From the human T2T-CHM13v2.0 reference genome, Homo sapiens, in the NCBI RefSeq assembly GCF_009914755.1, contig NC_060925.1: a stretch of DNA of 64,000 bases; one strand, 5' to 3'. The notes beneath the pieces are model-generated. The model ran no database searches, was not told the origin of the DNA, and was given only the letters and a program-made list of their open reading frames with translations. Both the position numbers and the translations under genes were made by a program. The number at the start of each line of letters is the position of its first letter. Position 1 is the first letter of the stretch. Of the stretch, positions 25,989 through 40,042 are shown one piece after another.

Positions 25989-28219
25989 AAAAAGGAGGAC
26001 TTTTTGGTTATCTAGGAACATAATTGCAAGTCCAGAGGCCCGATTGTTCCTGTGTGTCCAAAGACGCAGCATCTGAGAGGCATACATAGAGGAATGAGCA
26101 ATGGTTTCAACAGCATGCATCTGCATCCTCTCCGAAGCTTGCACTCCGCAGAGTCAGGAGTCAGCCAGAAGAGTTTCCACACCCCTCCTTCAGATTGCAC
26201 ATAGGCTGCTCCCACCCCCATTCCACAGACACACATATCCTGGAATTGTAGGTTAGGCCACTAAAACCAACCGAACCCAAATGAAAGCAGGATGGTTTTT
26301 AACAGTCTTGAAAATAAGGGGTTTCCTCTAAGTAAATGGGAGGAGCAGTGAAAACTCCCGTGACTCTATAGGAGTTAATGTAAGGTTTTTCCCAGAAGCA
26401 TGCACTCCTTGGTGGGTGACTGCTGATGGGAAGGAAAATCTGGAGAAAGAGTAAGCAGGATGGCTTAATATGTGTGCTTAGGTGTACACTCGTGTGCAGT
26501 TGAGGGAGGCTTTGGGAGATTACATGTAAGAATCTGCAAGTGTGATACAAATTTTCCTTCTACTGATTACATCAACGGGCTTTAAAAGTCTCTCCTCATT
26601 ACCCCAGCTTATCTCTCTTTTAACCTTTATGGGTAAGGGTGGGGTCCGCAGTTTATGAGGCTAATTCCCTAGGCACTACCTAGGTTTCCCTGCTACAGGC
26701 TTCAACTTTTCGCCCTGAGTGCATCCTACAGGCGATCCACCCTGAAATGACTCCATTTCAGGGCTGTTTTTGGCCTGAAACTGATTGACAAAGACCAAGC
26801 AAGATGTCTGCCTCCCACTTACCCCCTGCAGGTCCCCCAAAAGGAAGCGAAGGTTATTGGATACCTGGGAAGTCTGAGGAGCCCTGGGGTTTCACAGGCT
26901 ACCTGCAGGGGCTTACAGAGGGGTGGAGGTCCAGGCCTAGTCTTGGAAGGGGAAAAATTAGAAAGAGAAAGGCAATACAGTAACTGTTCACCTACAACTG
27001 ACCAGGTCCAGATATTTTGATTTTTCAAAGGAAGAGCAGAGTCATGCGACAACAGATCAGAGTCATAAACACAAATAGGCATTCCAAGAAACGGAGCGCC
27101 CACATCCTCCACATACCTGTCTTTTCCTCCCATTACCCCACACTGAATAGCACCTTAAATAACACCACTGCTAATGCCTCAATACCAAGGTGAACCACCA
27201 GCCGGCTTTGATTTCAGAGTTTTGAGTGAGTAATTGAAAACAAAGTTAAAAATAGTTGGCCAGCCGGACATATTAGGCTGCCCTTAAACACGTGGGTAAG
27301 GCACCCTGTGGGGGTGAGAGAATTACAATGAATTCGCCCATCAAGGTAGGTATAAAACATTATGAGGCGTCTATGGGGTGGGAAGAAACCATCTAGACTG
27401 CAAGGCGAGCTGGAGCCTAGTGACCAGGTCTGGTTCACCTCCAAACTGTGTGACCTTCGGCAAGTCGATTAATGGCCCATGCCTCAGTTTCCTTATCCTC
27501 AGAGTGAAAGGGTTCTTAAAACTTTACAACTAAGCAAAGCAGGCAAGGTCATCGACCGTGGGGCTGGACAGATCTGAGATTTTATTATTGCTGTGATCGA
27601 ATCTTCTGGGAATGTGAGGTCAACGATTCCACTTTTCACATGTTTTCCCAAATTGGTGCCCCCAAAGCAAAACAAAGCAAAACAATACAAAACAAAACAA
27701 AAAACACAGGAGCATGAAATGGGACAGCATAACTGATCTGGAACCCTCGGGCGTGGTGAGATGGGGAGAGGGAGTGGATTTCTGGAAACGCCCGCCCAAG
27801 GCCAGCGCCGCGGAGGTAGCGTGGGTCCACTCTTGCGGGCCGCACCTCCAGTCGCTCCTTTAAGTCGCAGAGAGCTGCGGGACCCGCATAAGTCGTTAAC
27901 TATTCAAGCACCCCCTCACACTTTTTAAAAATAAAAGTCCATGGGGGTGAAAGGTCTTTAATGATGTTTTTTTGTTTTCACGAAATAAAATCTTTTATTT
28001 TTATTTTAAACCAGCAGCGTGCCCATCCCTTGGTCCTTCCAGATGTTTGCAATAAAATCGCAGGTTTTGCCTTTGGGACTGGAAATAAAATTTAACGGCC
28101 TTCACCCTGTAATTATTCTCTTAGCTTGCCCTTCATAAATTTATCTGCGTTCTATCGGCATTGGGGCAAGAGGAGAGCGAAAAGGGGGGGGAAGCCCCGA
28201 TTTTATATTTGTGACTATA

Positions 28220-28560
28220 AAAAAGCGCCACCCGGTTTCCTCGCCTTCGGCCGCCGCGGTGTGGCCGGCAGAGCCGGGGCCGGCGGGCCGCAAAATTGCG
28301 CGATTGTTCGCTGACTTCGGTCTGCGCAGGAGCAGGGCCCCTCCACAAAGGGAGCCTTGTGTGGCCAGGCCGGAGCGGCCGCGCCCAAGAGGTGAGGAAA
28401 TCCTGTTCCCCCAGGCCCAGCTTCTCTTTCCCCACGGCGTTTCGTGCAACGCCGCAGCCCGACCTTCGACTGCAGGGTGCGCCCGCCGTTCCAGGCGCCA
28501 GCTCCGGTCCTGCCTGCCTTCGCAGGATGCAGGATGCGTAACTTCGAGCCTGAGCTGAGC
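28220..28560. promoter_or_regulatory. Upstream CpG island
   Basis: Dense CpG/GC block with an AT-rich, homeobox-motif-rich left flank. Confidence 0.8.
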
Positions 28561-31174
28561 CCACTGAGCATGAGGGAGGAGCCTGCCTCAGGTTACCAAG
28601 GCGGAAAGACAGGCCTTGGGTGCGAGGTGAAGGGGCTTCCTGGGAAGCCCTCCAGCCCCTCTCCTTTGCCTTGCTTCCGCAATGCTGGAAGGTAACATTC
28701 TGCACTCTCAGGAGTTCGGGATTGCTTAGCAGCACCATAAAACCCAATCCAAAGTCGGCGAGTTTTGAGGCCCCAACGTGCACCCCGAAAAAAATACGGG
28801 TACATCAGCAACTACCATATACTTTTTATAGGAAGCTAAGTACAAGCGTCATGCACGTATCATGTGTGACTACACAAAGCCATATGTTTATCCGGCAGCA
28901 CACATAAGCATGCATACACTTCGTACACCCACACGCGTTGTATCCATGTACCTTTCTAGAATCAAACAAGAATGTGGAAACAACACATACGTGGGTACAC
29001 AGCGTCACACACAGGCATGTGAGGAAACATCCTGGCCCCACTCAATTGCCCCCAAGGTCTGCAGAAATCAACACGCATCCTTCCTGCTGCATCTCTTGTC
29101 CCCAATCCATAACTCTCCCGGGATCTCCCTGGCTTCTTGAAGCTTAATCCATGTGGCTGTCCGGTAGCCTCCTCTCCTTTATCTGCAAGGGATTGCCTGA
29201 ATGGTCAAGGTCTCTGAAGCAACAAAAGAAATGAAACATGAGGAGTATCCAGCTTCCAGCCCTCGCTACTCCGGAGAGCCACCCAGTTCTTGGCGGTGAC
29301 TAGGACTTTTTTCCAAAGCCCCAAGATCCTCAGCAGGGACTGACAGACAGGACAGTGAGAAATGGTGGGGCCAAGTGGGAGCAGCAGGGCTTTGTCTTGC
29401 TTTCATGTGCACTCCCTTGGCCCTTTAGTCCGCAGGCCTCAGGCCAAAAAGCTAAATCTTGGGAGCCAGATGAGTCCTACACAGAGAATTCTTTCCTGTT
29501 CTTTCTGGTCTCAGGAACCCCAGTTTTACCAGGTTCACCCTCTAAATGTGACTCTATCTCCCGCTTCATGCTGGGTTTGCAGGTGCTTGGCTAAGTAGAG
29601 TTCTCCCTTTATTTTTTCCACTGAGAGGAAGAATTATCTAAAGCTTATGAGGGAAGAAGCACCGGGCCCTGCAGTCTATCTCTGTAGCAACCCTGGAACA
29701 TAAAGGGGGTACCTGAGGTTTCTGCCGGGTGGTGGTGGGGAGGCTGAGGTTGGCAGAAAGGAGGGAGGGGAGAGGGGCCTCTAGCACTGAAATCTGTTGG
29801 GGCACAAGGACCAGCAGCTAAAGGCAGCTGAATTTAGGCATTAGGGATTTAATTTGATGATGACTTTATTTTTTCCAGAAGTGGTTGAATTTCATTTGTT
29901 GCTAATAAATGGCCACAAAATGTCCAAGGTGGAAATTCAAGAGCTTACCCAGCCCTGAGCCATCGCCCAAAAAGTCCCATATGTGGATTTTTACAGCCTC
30001 CTTACGCTCAGTCTCCCCTCTCGACCAGTGGAAATAGTTATTCAAGGAGAGTGGGGTGGCTATTCTTCATTATTCAATAGCTATTCTCCATTATTCAAGG
30101 AGAGTGGAAAACAACTCTCCACACCGGAACAACTGGGCAGCTCCCTGGTGGCGCTGGGGCATTAGATCCTCCAGGCTGCTGAGGTCAGGGTAGCTAGGGT
30201 AGCTGGGGCAGCTGGAATTGTTCTTGCCTCTGCCCACAGCCTCAGGTGAGGTTGGGGGAGCTGGCGGTGTGTGAGCTAGTCCATGGGAGGCTTTTATGTG
30301 ACTTTGGCCCATAACTCATGGGCTACCTCTTCTACCTGAAACCAAATCTAAGGGGATAGGAAGGAATCCAGAACTCATGGGTGGTATGCATAGCATCCTG
30401 TGACACTGAAATTAGTCAGGGTAAGGAGATTACCAAGATCAGGTGCACAGTTGTCCCTGCACAAATGAGCCCTCCAAATGGTTGAAGTAAATCAGTAGAT
30501 ATAGATTGATATATGTAATTTTTAAATGTTGTTTTATAACCTGCCTGTACTTTCAGACCAGAGACACATATGTGGGTGTCTGCTGAGAGTCAAACATTGC
30601 CAGAGTCCCTTGAGCTGCTGCTGGGGAAGAGTTGGGGGCAGAACAGTCCCAACTGCTGGTCCTACTCAAACATCCACAAGAGGCATTGCACTCTGGCCCA
30701 TTGCCAAGTACCCCGGAAAGCCAGCAGGGAGAAAAGTGGTCCATCTGAAACCAAGAAAAATACTGAACTCACATACTTTCACAAGGACTTTGTAAGACAG
30801 CCTACAAATCTAGGCGAATGAAGGAATTTCCAAAATGGAACCATTCATGAATCCATTTTCTCCTAATTATCAATGGTGTCTGTGGCATTAGGGGCCTTTG
30901 AGGCATGATGACTCTGAGGGGCAAGGGTCAGTGGCACTATGGTGGATGGAAGCTTCACCAACACCCAATATTACTATCCTTGGTTGCCTTTACCACAGGA
31001 TATGAGAACTTCTGAGTCAGCTCAGAAAACAGCAGAAGGTGTTTGCTATCAAGAGGCCTCTCCTTCCAGGAAAGACAAAGAGAACAAGATAAGTGTTTAT
31101 TTCCACGGCCTTCCTCTCTTGCCATCAAGTTTCATTCTGTATCTCCTCTCTTTCTGGTCTGCACAAATTAAGAA

Positions 31175-31400
31175 GAGCTAATATTTACTGAGCTTGTTAC
31201 TCCAGACTTTAGCACCCTGTGCTAAGTGCTTTGCATGGATTTATGTCACCTGCTTCAAGCTCTACAAGCCAAGAACTAGTATTACCGGCCCCATTTTACA
31301 CATGAGAAAACTGAGGTACAAAGGAGTTAGGCGGCTTGGCAAAGGTCTCACAGCTTTTAGTGCAGGTAAAATTCTAAAAAGAATTCTAGAGCTGGAAGTA
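31175..31400 (-). mobile_element. MIR
   Basis: GCTAATATTTACTGAGC...TGTGCTAAGTGCTTTGCATGGAT...CCCATTTTACACATGAGAAAACTGAGG. Confidence 0.75.
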
Positions 31401-34400
31401 TTTGCTCCTATGCCCTCAGCCCTTCTCTGTGCACACCTAAGTTCTCTCTGGTTGCAACTGACTCAAGTAACTTAGTAGGGAAAGATGGGGCACTGATGGA
31501 ACTGTCTTACACAGGCCAAAAAGTCTTGCCTGCCCAGATCTAAAATATACATGAGAGGCTTCAAAGCATCCTTGCCAGCAAAAGGATAATGGGGCAGGGT
31601 CTCCCACTGTGACATTACTCAAGGTACGGCTCAGCCAGATGCCTAACAGAACATGTATCACTGCAGGAGCCACAGTGGTTGCTTCCAGGAAGGCAACCTG
31701 GAGGCAGTCACCTAGGGCTATGGGCAATCAACTGGGATCATGCTGCTAAGCTCTTATTCTGCTCATCAGGATCCCCATTGCCCGCCTCAGACCAGCCCTT
31801 GGTCAGCCTTCTCTCTGGGTGCCAGTCAGCTTTGGTGGCTTCACCTCAAAAGCATCTGCTTTAGATGGCTTTGACCCTTTATTGGCTCAACCCCAGAGCC
31901 ACTTGTTCTCTGAAGGCTTCTGGACTTTCAACCCCACCCACTTGTAGGCTGGTAACAGCAATTACGTCTTAAGTAGAATTTGTCCTCGCAGTGGTGGTCT
32001 GTAGCAAGTGCCAAGCAGACCATCTCTGCCTGCCAATTGGGAGATTCTTGAGGACAGGGTGTGTTAACCCAGCATGGGAGCTATCTCCATCACTCTATGA
32101 TGGCCACTAGTGAAATAAAGCTGCCTATGGTGGGCCCTCAAATATTTTCAAACTGAGTTCCCCTCTCGCTCACCCCCAAACACACACACATACATACACT
32201 CACAGGGCTCAACTCAGGGGTCCTCTGTTTATTTTAATTGTCATCCCTACAGCTCAGATCCACTTGAAATGCAATTAAGAAATGGTCTTAAGGTTCCGAG
32301 CACTTATTGGTGTCAGTTATTTATCAGAGTAGCTGAGGACTTTGGAAATCAGATTCCTTGTGAGAAAGGGGACAGACAGAGAAACCTCACAGGTCCTTGG
32401 AGCCCAATGGAAGGGAGCAGAACTCCAGAGTTCAGAGGAAAAACCTCAGCTTGGGAGAAAAAGCTGTTGGCTTAATTTGAAGGGCTCCTGTCAAGCTGCA
32501 GACTAGCCTTAGGAAAAGCGGCTGGAAAGGAGAGACAGCCTCGCCATCAAAGTCCCCACCCCTCAAAGGACGAACCTTGGCAGCGATGCTGCAAAGCCCC
32601 TCTCGACTTCTGGGCTTAGAGGAGTTCCAGTTCTGGGAGTGAGTTTGGTCTTGTTTTGGCGCCCAGGTGGCTGCAGCCTCCTCCCCTGGCAGAGACCACA
32701 GGCCTAGCTCTTTCCCACCCCACCCAACTCCCACCCCCTCCCACCTGCCCCCAGCAAAGGCTGGCCAGGAGGGCCTGGGCTGCCAGAGTAAAGGAAGCTT
32801 TTAGGGATGGAGGGGACGAAGCCAGTCCCTGGGATGACCTGGACCAGGCCCCAAACCACCGCTTCCTGTGGGATCCAGAAAGGGAAGGGAAGAGGGTGAA
32901 ATGCAAGAAGACCTCCCCTCTTTATTTTTGCCTTTTCCCCATTTTGGACTTCTCAGTGGAATGTTGGCAGCCTCTTTTCTCAGGCTACTTTTTCTCTCCC
33001 TTGATGGCAAATCCAGTCTCACTGGCCGTCTTGCTCTGTGCAAATGCTGCATTAAAACTCTTGTTGAGGTGAGGTGGTGTTGCCCAGGTTTCCTTGGTGC
33101 AGGTGTTGCCCAGGCGTTTGCTCTGTGCTGCTCCTGGATCTCCCTCCTGTCCTCCCTAGTAACTCTCAACCATGTCCGCCCCCCTGGGGGAGCTTCCTTC
33201 AGTGCTACAGATGCTTTTTTTCACCCAGCCAACTGACTGTGGCAGACTCTTGTATCATCCAGAGACCACCACCGTTTGCCTTCTTTCCATCTATTTTTCC
33301 TGATTTTTTTAACCTGTGGCTGGAAGCCCAGCTAGCACCTATTTCCTGAGGAAGACTGTGGGGAGGGAGGTGAGCAAGTGGAAGCATTAGATGCTCAAAG
33401 ACAAGATATGTGCAAGGAGGAGCCACTGAGTCCCTCACCTGGGCCTTGGGCCCTGGGAGGCCCCTGAGGGCTCTAACACTAGCTGCTCCTGTTTTGCTCC
33501 CAGTTTCCCAGAGCACGCCCTGTGGGCTCTATCTAGGGCTGGAGATGCCAGTGGACAAGTGTACTAGCAGCCTCTGTGGTCCTGAGGAATGTGGATTGCA
33601 GCCATTTAGAACCGAGAGAGGCTAATGAAAGCTAGGGAAACATGAGAAGGGAATGGAAGGAGAAGACAGAATTTAAGAAAGAAAGAAGAGAGGAATGGAA
33701 AAAAGAAAAGGAATGGAAAAAGGAAACAAAGGGAAAGAAAAATAGAAGGGAAGTGGTGAGCACTGCTTCTCAGTTACTGAGACCTTGGCTGCACCTCTGT
33801 CTGGGGCATGTATCAGTGCCCCCCCACCACTGGCCTGGTTTCCCCAAGCAGCTTGAGCCTATCAGAATTTGAGGTACTGGCAGAGGACTAGGGGTCCTAG
33901 AACATGTCTTCTGAGCAAGCCAATCACGTCATGTATAGTAGAGCCAGGGTGGCCCACTGCCTGGGGCTTGAAGGCCTCAGCAAAGGGTTCCTAGCACAAA
34001 GCATCAGGGGGCGGGGTGGGAGGGTCAAGGGCCTGGAGGAATCAGCTGTGCAGATTGAAGGCCAGGTAGGGGTGGGTCTCCTGAACTCCTTTCTCAAACA
34101 CTGATATGTTGGATACAGCATGCTCTGGGCAGCCAGAGAGCAAAGACAAGAGATCTCAGAGTACAGAAAGAAAACGTGGTTATTGGGAGAAAGGGCTAAG
34201 AGACTGAGGGCCCTAGGGAGTGGAAGACCCAGAGCAGTGGGAGTTTGGCCAGGTTGACTCGGGCAGAGGACGGAGGGACCTTGGGTTCAGCGTGAAGGTG
34301 GGAGAAATTAGTGGGAAGCCGTGGTGTTTGTCGCTTTAAGTAGTTAATATTTTCCCAAATGTTAATCCAATTTGAGGTTATTAGGCAAAGTGCCGAGAAA

Positions 34401-35559
34401 GGTTGCACATCAGAGTTATTCCAGTAAATCTCCGTGCTCTGGATGTGGGGAAAGATATATACATTGGCCCTCCACCCACTGAGTCCGCAGCTGCCCCCAC
34501 CCCTCCACTATTAGAGAAGAAGGTGAACGGCTTTGAGTTTCCCTCTCCAAGGCAGGAGGTGGTTTTCTCTCTGAGCGTCTCCTCCTCTCTCTTTAATTCA
34601 CTTTCCCGGACTGGAGCCTCAGCCTTGACTTTTCCTCCTGCACTCCCCAAGCCCCCACCATCGCCCCCAGCATCTCTTCGTCAAAGACAAATAAAGCCTA
34701 GCCTCCTGCCTGGGTTGACCGGTTCTCCGGTGGAGGGGAAGAGAGAGAGAGAGAGTGAGAACGAACGAGAACGCTGGCGAAGAGGAATGCGCTGCAAACC
34801 CGGGTGAACAGATGTGCATGGTGCCCTCACCCAGCCCCGGCATGGCCTAGACAACCGCTGCTCAGCCCTGCGCCCGTGAAATTACATTATTTTCTCCCCG
34901 GCCCAATCATCGTTTTACAGGAAAAAAAAATTAAATAAATATAAATTGCTGCTTTGCAAGATCAAAGTGCCGATTTCTGGTGCATCTGGAGGAGTGGGGA
35001 GATGGGGAGGAAAGAGAGGGGGAGAGTGGCGCAGCCGTGGTTGCCCAACTTCAAAGGGTTCTCAACAGTGCATTTTGCCATTGTATTTTAACTTCTCTTC
35101 CCCACCAGTTTGGCAGGGTGCGCAGCGGAGAAGCGTGTAGCTTCAGAGTTCAGAGCTTGTGGAGAAACCTTGCTTTGACCATCTCTGAGCGCCCCCACGG
35201 GACTCAGAACCCTGAGGCTCTTCTAGAGACACCAACTTGCGGTGGTGGGGTGGGGGTGGGGAGGCGTGGTGAGGAAGAGTGGGGTGGGGGCTGATCTGGA
35301 TCTGTAGAGTCACCAAATACACCAATAAACCGCAAAGAAGCCACCAAGTAGCCATGCCCCTACTCAAGCTCAAAGCTAGAAGGCTAGCTGAAGGCTCCTT
35401 GTCAATTTTCCCTGCGCTCAGGCTAGCTGTTCCACCGGAAGGACTGGGGGAGATTCAGATTATTTGGGAGACCTGGATCAGTATTAGGTTTTCAGAGGTT
35501 AGCGGGGTACAGAGGTTAGCGGGTTTCTTGATGGTGGAATTGTTTATTTGTGACCCGGC

Positions 35560-36920
35560 CACCTGGGCGACTACGTAGGCCTGGTACAGGAGGCAGGAGT
35601 TGCCTCTGTCCCCACTGCGCTTTCCTTAATCGAAGAGCGGGTAGATGCCGGCCAAGCAAAGTGCTCGAAAGTGTAGCTGGGACGCCCACGCCGGAAGCCT
35701 GGAGAGGCAAGTTGCGAGTTCGCAGGGCTTGGGAGTTTTTTGCGGCGGAAGAAGCTGAATCTAGGCGCTGAGTCCCCGGGAAGGGATGGCCGCCTCTTAG
35801 CTTTCGCCAGGAGATTATCTTGGAGCCCAGCGGCCGAGATTGAGAGCTCTTTCTGCGGAACCTGCCTCCGGAGTCAGATGAGCAAGGGGACCGCCACGTC
35901 CTCACCGAGCTCCCAGCGGCCTTTGGGGCGGGTCCGGGGACAAGCCGGAGGACTAGGCTTCTCCCAGAGCGCGGCTGTCTTTCCCGGAAAGACCCAAGTG
36001 CGCGATGTCAGCCCGCCTGCACTTCATCTGAATTGTCCTTATGTGGCCATTTCTGTTTCAAATTTCAGATTTTTCTACTAAAAAAGGATGGGTTAAAACA
36101 GCTGAGAGCGCGCCTGCTCTTTCCCGCCCTGGGTTCTACATCTCTCTAGCCGCCCACCAGACTGCATCTCCAATCTGGGAGCTATCCTCACCTTGGGAGG
36201 GTGGGGCAACAATGTTATTCTCGTTTCCCGATAAGGAAACCAACGTCCCTACAACTTGACGTTAAATGGTCCCAGGTTCCTGAGCCTCAAATCTAGGACT
36301 ATTACCTAGGTCACCTAAAAATTTTTGTTCTTTCCACTCCCCCGAGGGTGATTCTGTTAGCCTCGCAGGCCCTTCTCCCACCCGTCATTTGAAGTCATCG
36401 ACCCCGGGGCAGCCCCAACAGTTCTGTGCGGGCCTGCGCGCACCGCCCTCACCTTGCGCGCCAGGCATCTCACCTCAGCCGGGCAGGTGCAGAGGTGACA
36501 GGCGCGGCAGCCGCGGTTCGTCCGGCCGAGGGGCAGGAGGAGGCTGGCCGCCGCCTTCTGCTGCCCGCAGGCTGAGGGGGCAGGGGAGGGGGAACAGGGC
36601 TGGGAAACTGCCGTCAGCGGGTCCCGGCCCCGCCTCCCGAACGCAACGTCCAGGAAACCTCAGAACTTTCTATTGTCTGAGAAGCTTCACTGAACAAATT
36701 GTCCCTAAAACTTTAGAGCTGCGAAGAGCGGATCAGGGCAGGTTCTAGTGTGGCCCTGTGCCCCGGAGCCTGCCTGCCATAAAGTGTGACCGGAAGCCCC
36801 CCCCCCCCCCGCCCACTGTCAGAACCACTGAGGAGAGAAGAGCGCGGCGCCTTAGTGCCGCCCTGCGTCGTGGTCGGGAAGCCGAGCAAGCGGTGTGGAC
36901 GCCCCAGGAGCAGGGGGATC
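35560..36920. promoter_or_regulatory. Upstream CpG island pair (35.6-36.0 kb and 36.4-36.9 kb)
   Basis: Two CpG-rich blocks. ETS cores CCGGAAG at ~35435, ~35691 and ~36790. Confidence 0.8.
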
Positions 36921-37145
36921 CAGGCCTAAACTCATGGGTTCCGAATGGGCAAGGGAGCAGAATCAAGCATCGGTGGGCGCTTATAGAAAGCGCGTCTGTC
37001 TTGGAACACCCTTACCAGGGTACCCAACCCCAGCGCCAGGTTTCCTGGCCTTGCAAGGAGAGGTTGAATTTGTCAGGATTCCCCACTCTAGAAGGTGGCT
37101 CGTGGTGGTGAAGCTTCACCCTTCCTGGTCTGCACAGAAGTCAGT

Positions 37146-37246
<101 letters not shown>

Positions 37247-38734
37247 CACCCTTAACCTCACCCGGCGCGCTTGTGGGTAGATTCCCGAGAGGGTCAGGGA
37301 ATCTCTTATTTTTCTCACAGCCTTGGGTGAGAAACCGGCTACCTCCTCTCAGGAAACACCCGGATGTGGGTGTGGACCAGAGGACTCACTGGAACACTGA
37401 CTCACCACCTAATCTTGCACAAGTCTCTTAATTACAGAAACCACATTCCTATTTTGTCCAACTGGGGTGATTGGGGCAGCCTAAAGTTTCCTGGGAATGG
37501 TCCACTATGTGCTTGGGTGCCCACTTAGAGTACATCTGACACGTGTGCACATCTGTATTTGAATCCGACCACCTGAGCCCCGCTAACACCAGCGCACAGA
37601 CCTACACTGTCTTTCTGTCCCTCCGGCTACTTTCCCTGCTTGCTGTTTCTGCTGGGTGATTAACGACCCCAAATAGTGTAAGGAATTCGACTTCTCAAGC
37701 TCAGCATTTTCAATTCCTTAATTTGTCCCTGGGTGACCGTTAGCAATTGTGGCTGTAGATCACATGGGGCGGACCAGGTAGAATGAGCAGCTGATTCAAC
37801 ACTGTTGAGTTGGGGTTTGGTTTTGCTTTTTTTAAAGGCGACTCAGAAAGTAGCCCCTGGAGAACTTCAAGAAGGCAGCAGGCTACAGGCTGTGGAGGTC
37901 CCTGCACTAAGATGCCTTTGGGCTGTCACCACTCTCGTTCTTTATAAATATTAAAGTGCTAGCAACTAGCAAAGCCCTTCTGGGCCGTAGCCTCTGATGT
38001 GGGTGGGGCAGGCAGGTGAGAAAACTGAGGCTCAAAGGTTTCCTGCTTCCAATCAGAGGTCTCAGTAGGAGAGCTGCACTCTGGGTTTCCTGTTTCCAGT
38101 GTGGATCCTGGGGTATATTTTCCTGGGAGCCAACAGGGAGTGTACTGGGAAAAGGAGAAAGTACTCACAGCAGAACTGCTCCAGAGGCAACCATAGTTTG
38201 ACTTTTTTGTAGTTGTTTGGGTTAGAAACAAGTTAGTCCTCTCCATTGCCCATCTCTCCCCTACACATGCTGAGTCCTGATCATTGTTCTATCTCATTTA
38301 AAAAAGGAACATTGTCTCTCCTGATGGGCTGGGTATGAGATCTGAAACATTCCAGGTTGCCTCAACAGCTGCTACTAGTTTTTGTTTTTGTTGTTGTTTT
38401 TCAAAGTGGGGCTTTAAGTGGAACTTTTAAAATACTTTTCTGTCCCCATCACCCTCCTGATTAAGCAGACAGTGGTTCTGGGGCCAAAGCCTTTAGAGAT
38501 GACTCCCTTCATGGACTTCTGGTACTCCCAAAGTATAAGGAGGAGAATAAGAGGAGAGGTGGAGGAAAGGAAAAGGAGACAGAGGAGAAAGAGAAAGGGA
38601 AGAGTCTTTATTTGTTCTGTTTGCTTGGGTTTTCCGGATACAGGAGACTGATTCTGCTCTAATGGGGAGAAATTAGCTCCTTCTCTCCCCTGCAGCAACT
38701 GGGGCACTGCTAGCTGCTCCTTCCAAGCTTGCTA

Positions 38735-39065
<331 letters not shown>

Positions 39066-39128
39066 GGTGGGGTGGGGGCAGGGGGGTTGTGTGGTCTGGG
39101 CAAGGTGGAAAGAAGAGGGTATCAGCAT

Positions 39129-39142
39129 CCTCTAGGTGGCAG
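39129..39142 (+). promoter_or_regulatory. Candidate CTCF site
   Basis: CCTCTAGGTGGCAG matches the CTCF core CC(A/T)(C/G)YAG(G/A)(G/T)GGC(A/G)(C/G). Binding is not demonstrated. Confidence 0.5.
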
Positions 39143-39999
39143 CAGGCCTGGCTAGGGTCTAGAAGAAGACCCTCCAACTCCCTCAGAGGGATGAAGACCT
39201 GGGGTCTTCTGGGTGGCGAGAGTGAGACCCACTAAGCTCCAAAGTCCTGCCACTGAACTCTTCTCTCCGAGGTGCCAGGTTTGTAGTTTCTGAAGTCACA
39301 CTATTGTGATTAAATGCATGATTTTGTAAAACACACATAGACTATGAGACTAGTCTTAGCTAGAGTGAGAACAGTGACTTCTGTCCTTTCTGGAGCTGGC
39401 AATCCCATCCCAAATTAAGACTCTAAGCTTTTCTGAGAAGTTCAGCCACTCTGTGAAAATGCTGACTGAGGCTGAGGTGGGCTAACAGGGGCGACCTGCC
39501 TGTCTGCAGGCCTGTGAAACCCAATCAGTATACCCCCTAGAGAGAGTTGCAAAGGAATGTACGGGTGTGCAGGATGAAATCAGCCCAAGAACCTTTATAG
39601 AAACATGAATGTGATCTGTGAGGAAAGCAAGGATGTAACTAAAGCGATGCATTTGCTTTTACTGGCTGACTGACAGGCTTTGGTGGGGGTCGGATAATTT
39701 TACCAACCGGTTTCAAAGACCTAAGGCCCTGGCAGAGACATGGGGGAGGGGGCTACTCAGGAGAACTAGAAGACAAAAAGGAACAAATAAAAAAATCTTC
39801 CTATATTCCATGCACACAATTCTTAGTCACATATGTATTACATATGCACATACAAACTTATTTAGTTTAAAAAGAAAACCCTTGCCTTGAACAAAGTAGA
39901 TATGCACATAAGTTCATGCATTCCCTCAGCAAATAATCATTGAATGTCTACCATAAACAGGGCATTTTGCTAGGCTCTCTTTTGTAAATATGTGTATGA

Positions 40000-40042
40000 G
40001 TGTGTCTGTGTCTGTGTCTGTGTCTGTGTCTGTGTGTGTGTG
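40000..40042. repeat. (TGTGTC)5-(TG)n microsatellite
   Basis: Read directly from the sequence. Confidence 0.9.

Noticed and set aside
33642-33750. Lys/Glu-rich ORF (and similar at 23322-23714 and 38418-38651)
   Set aside because: Translations of low-complexity purine tracts.
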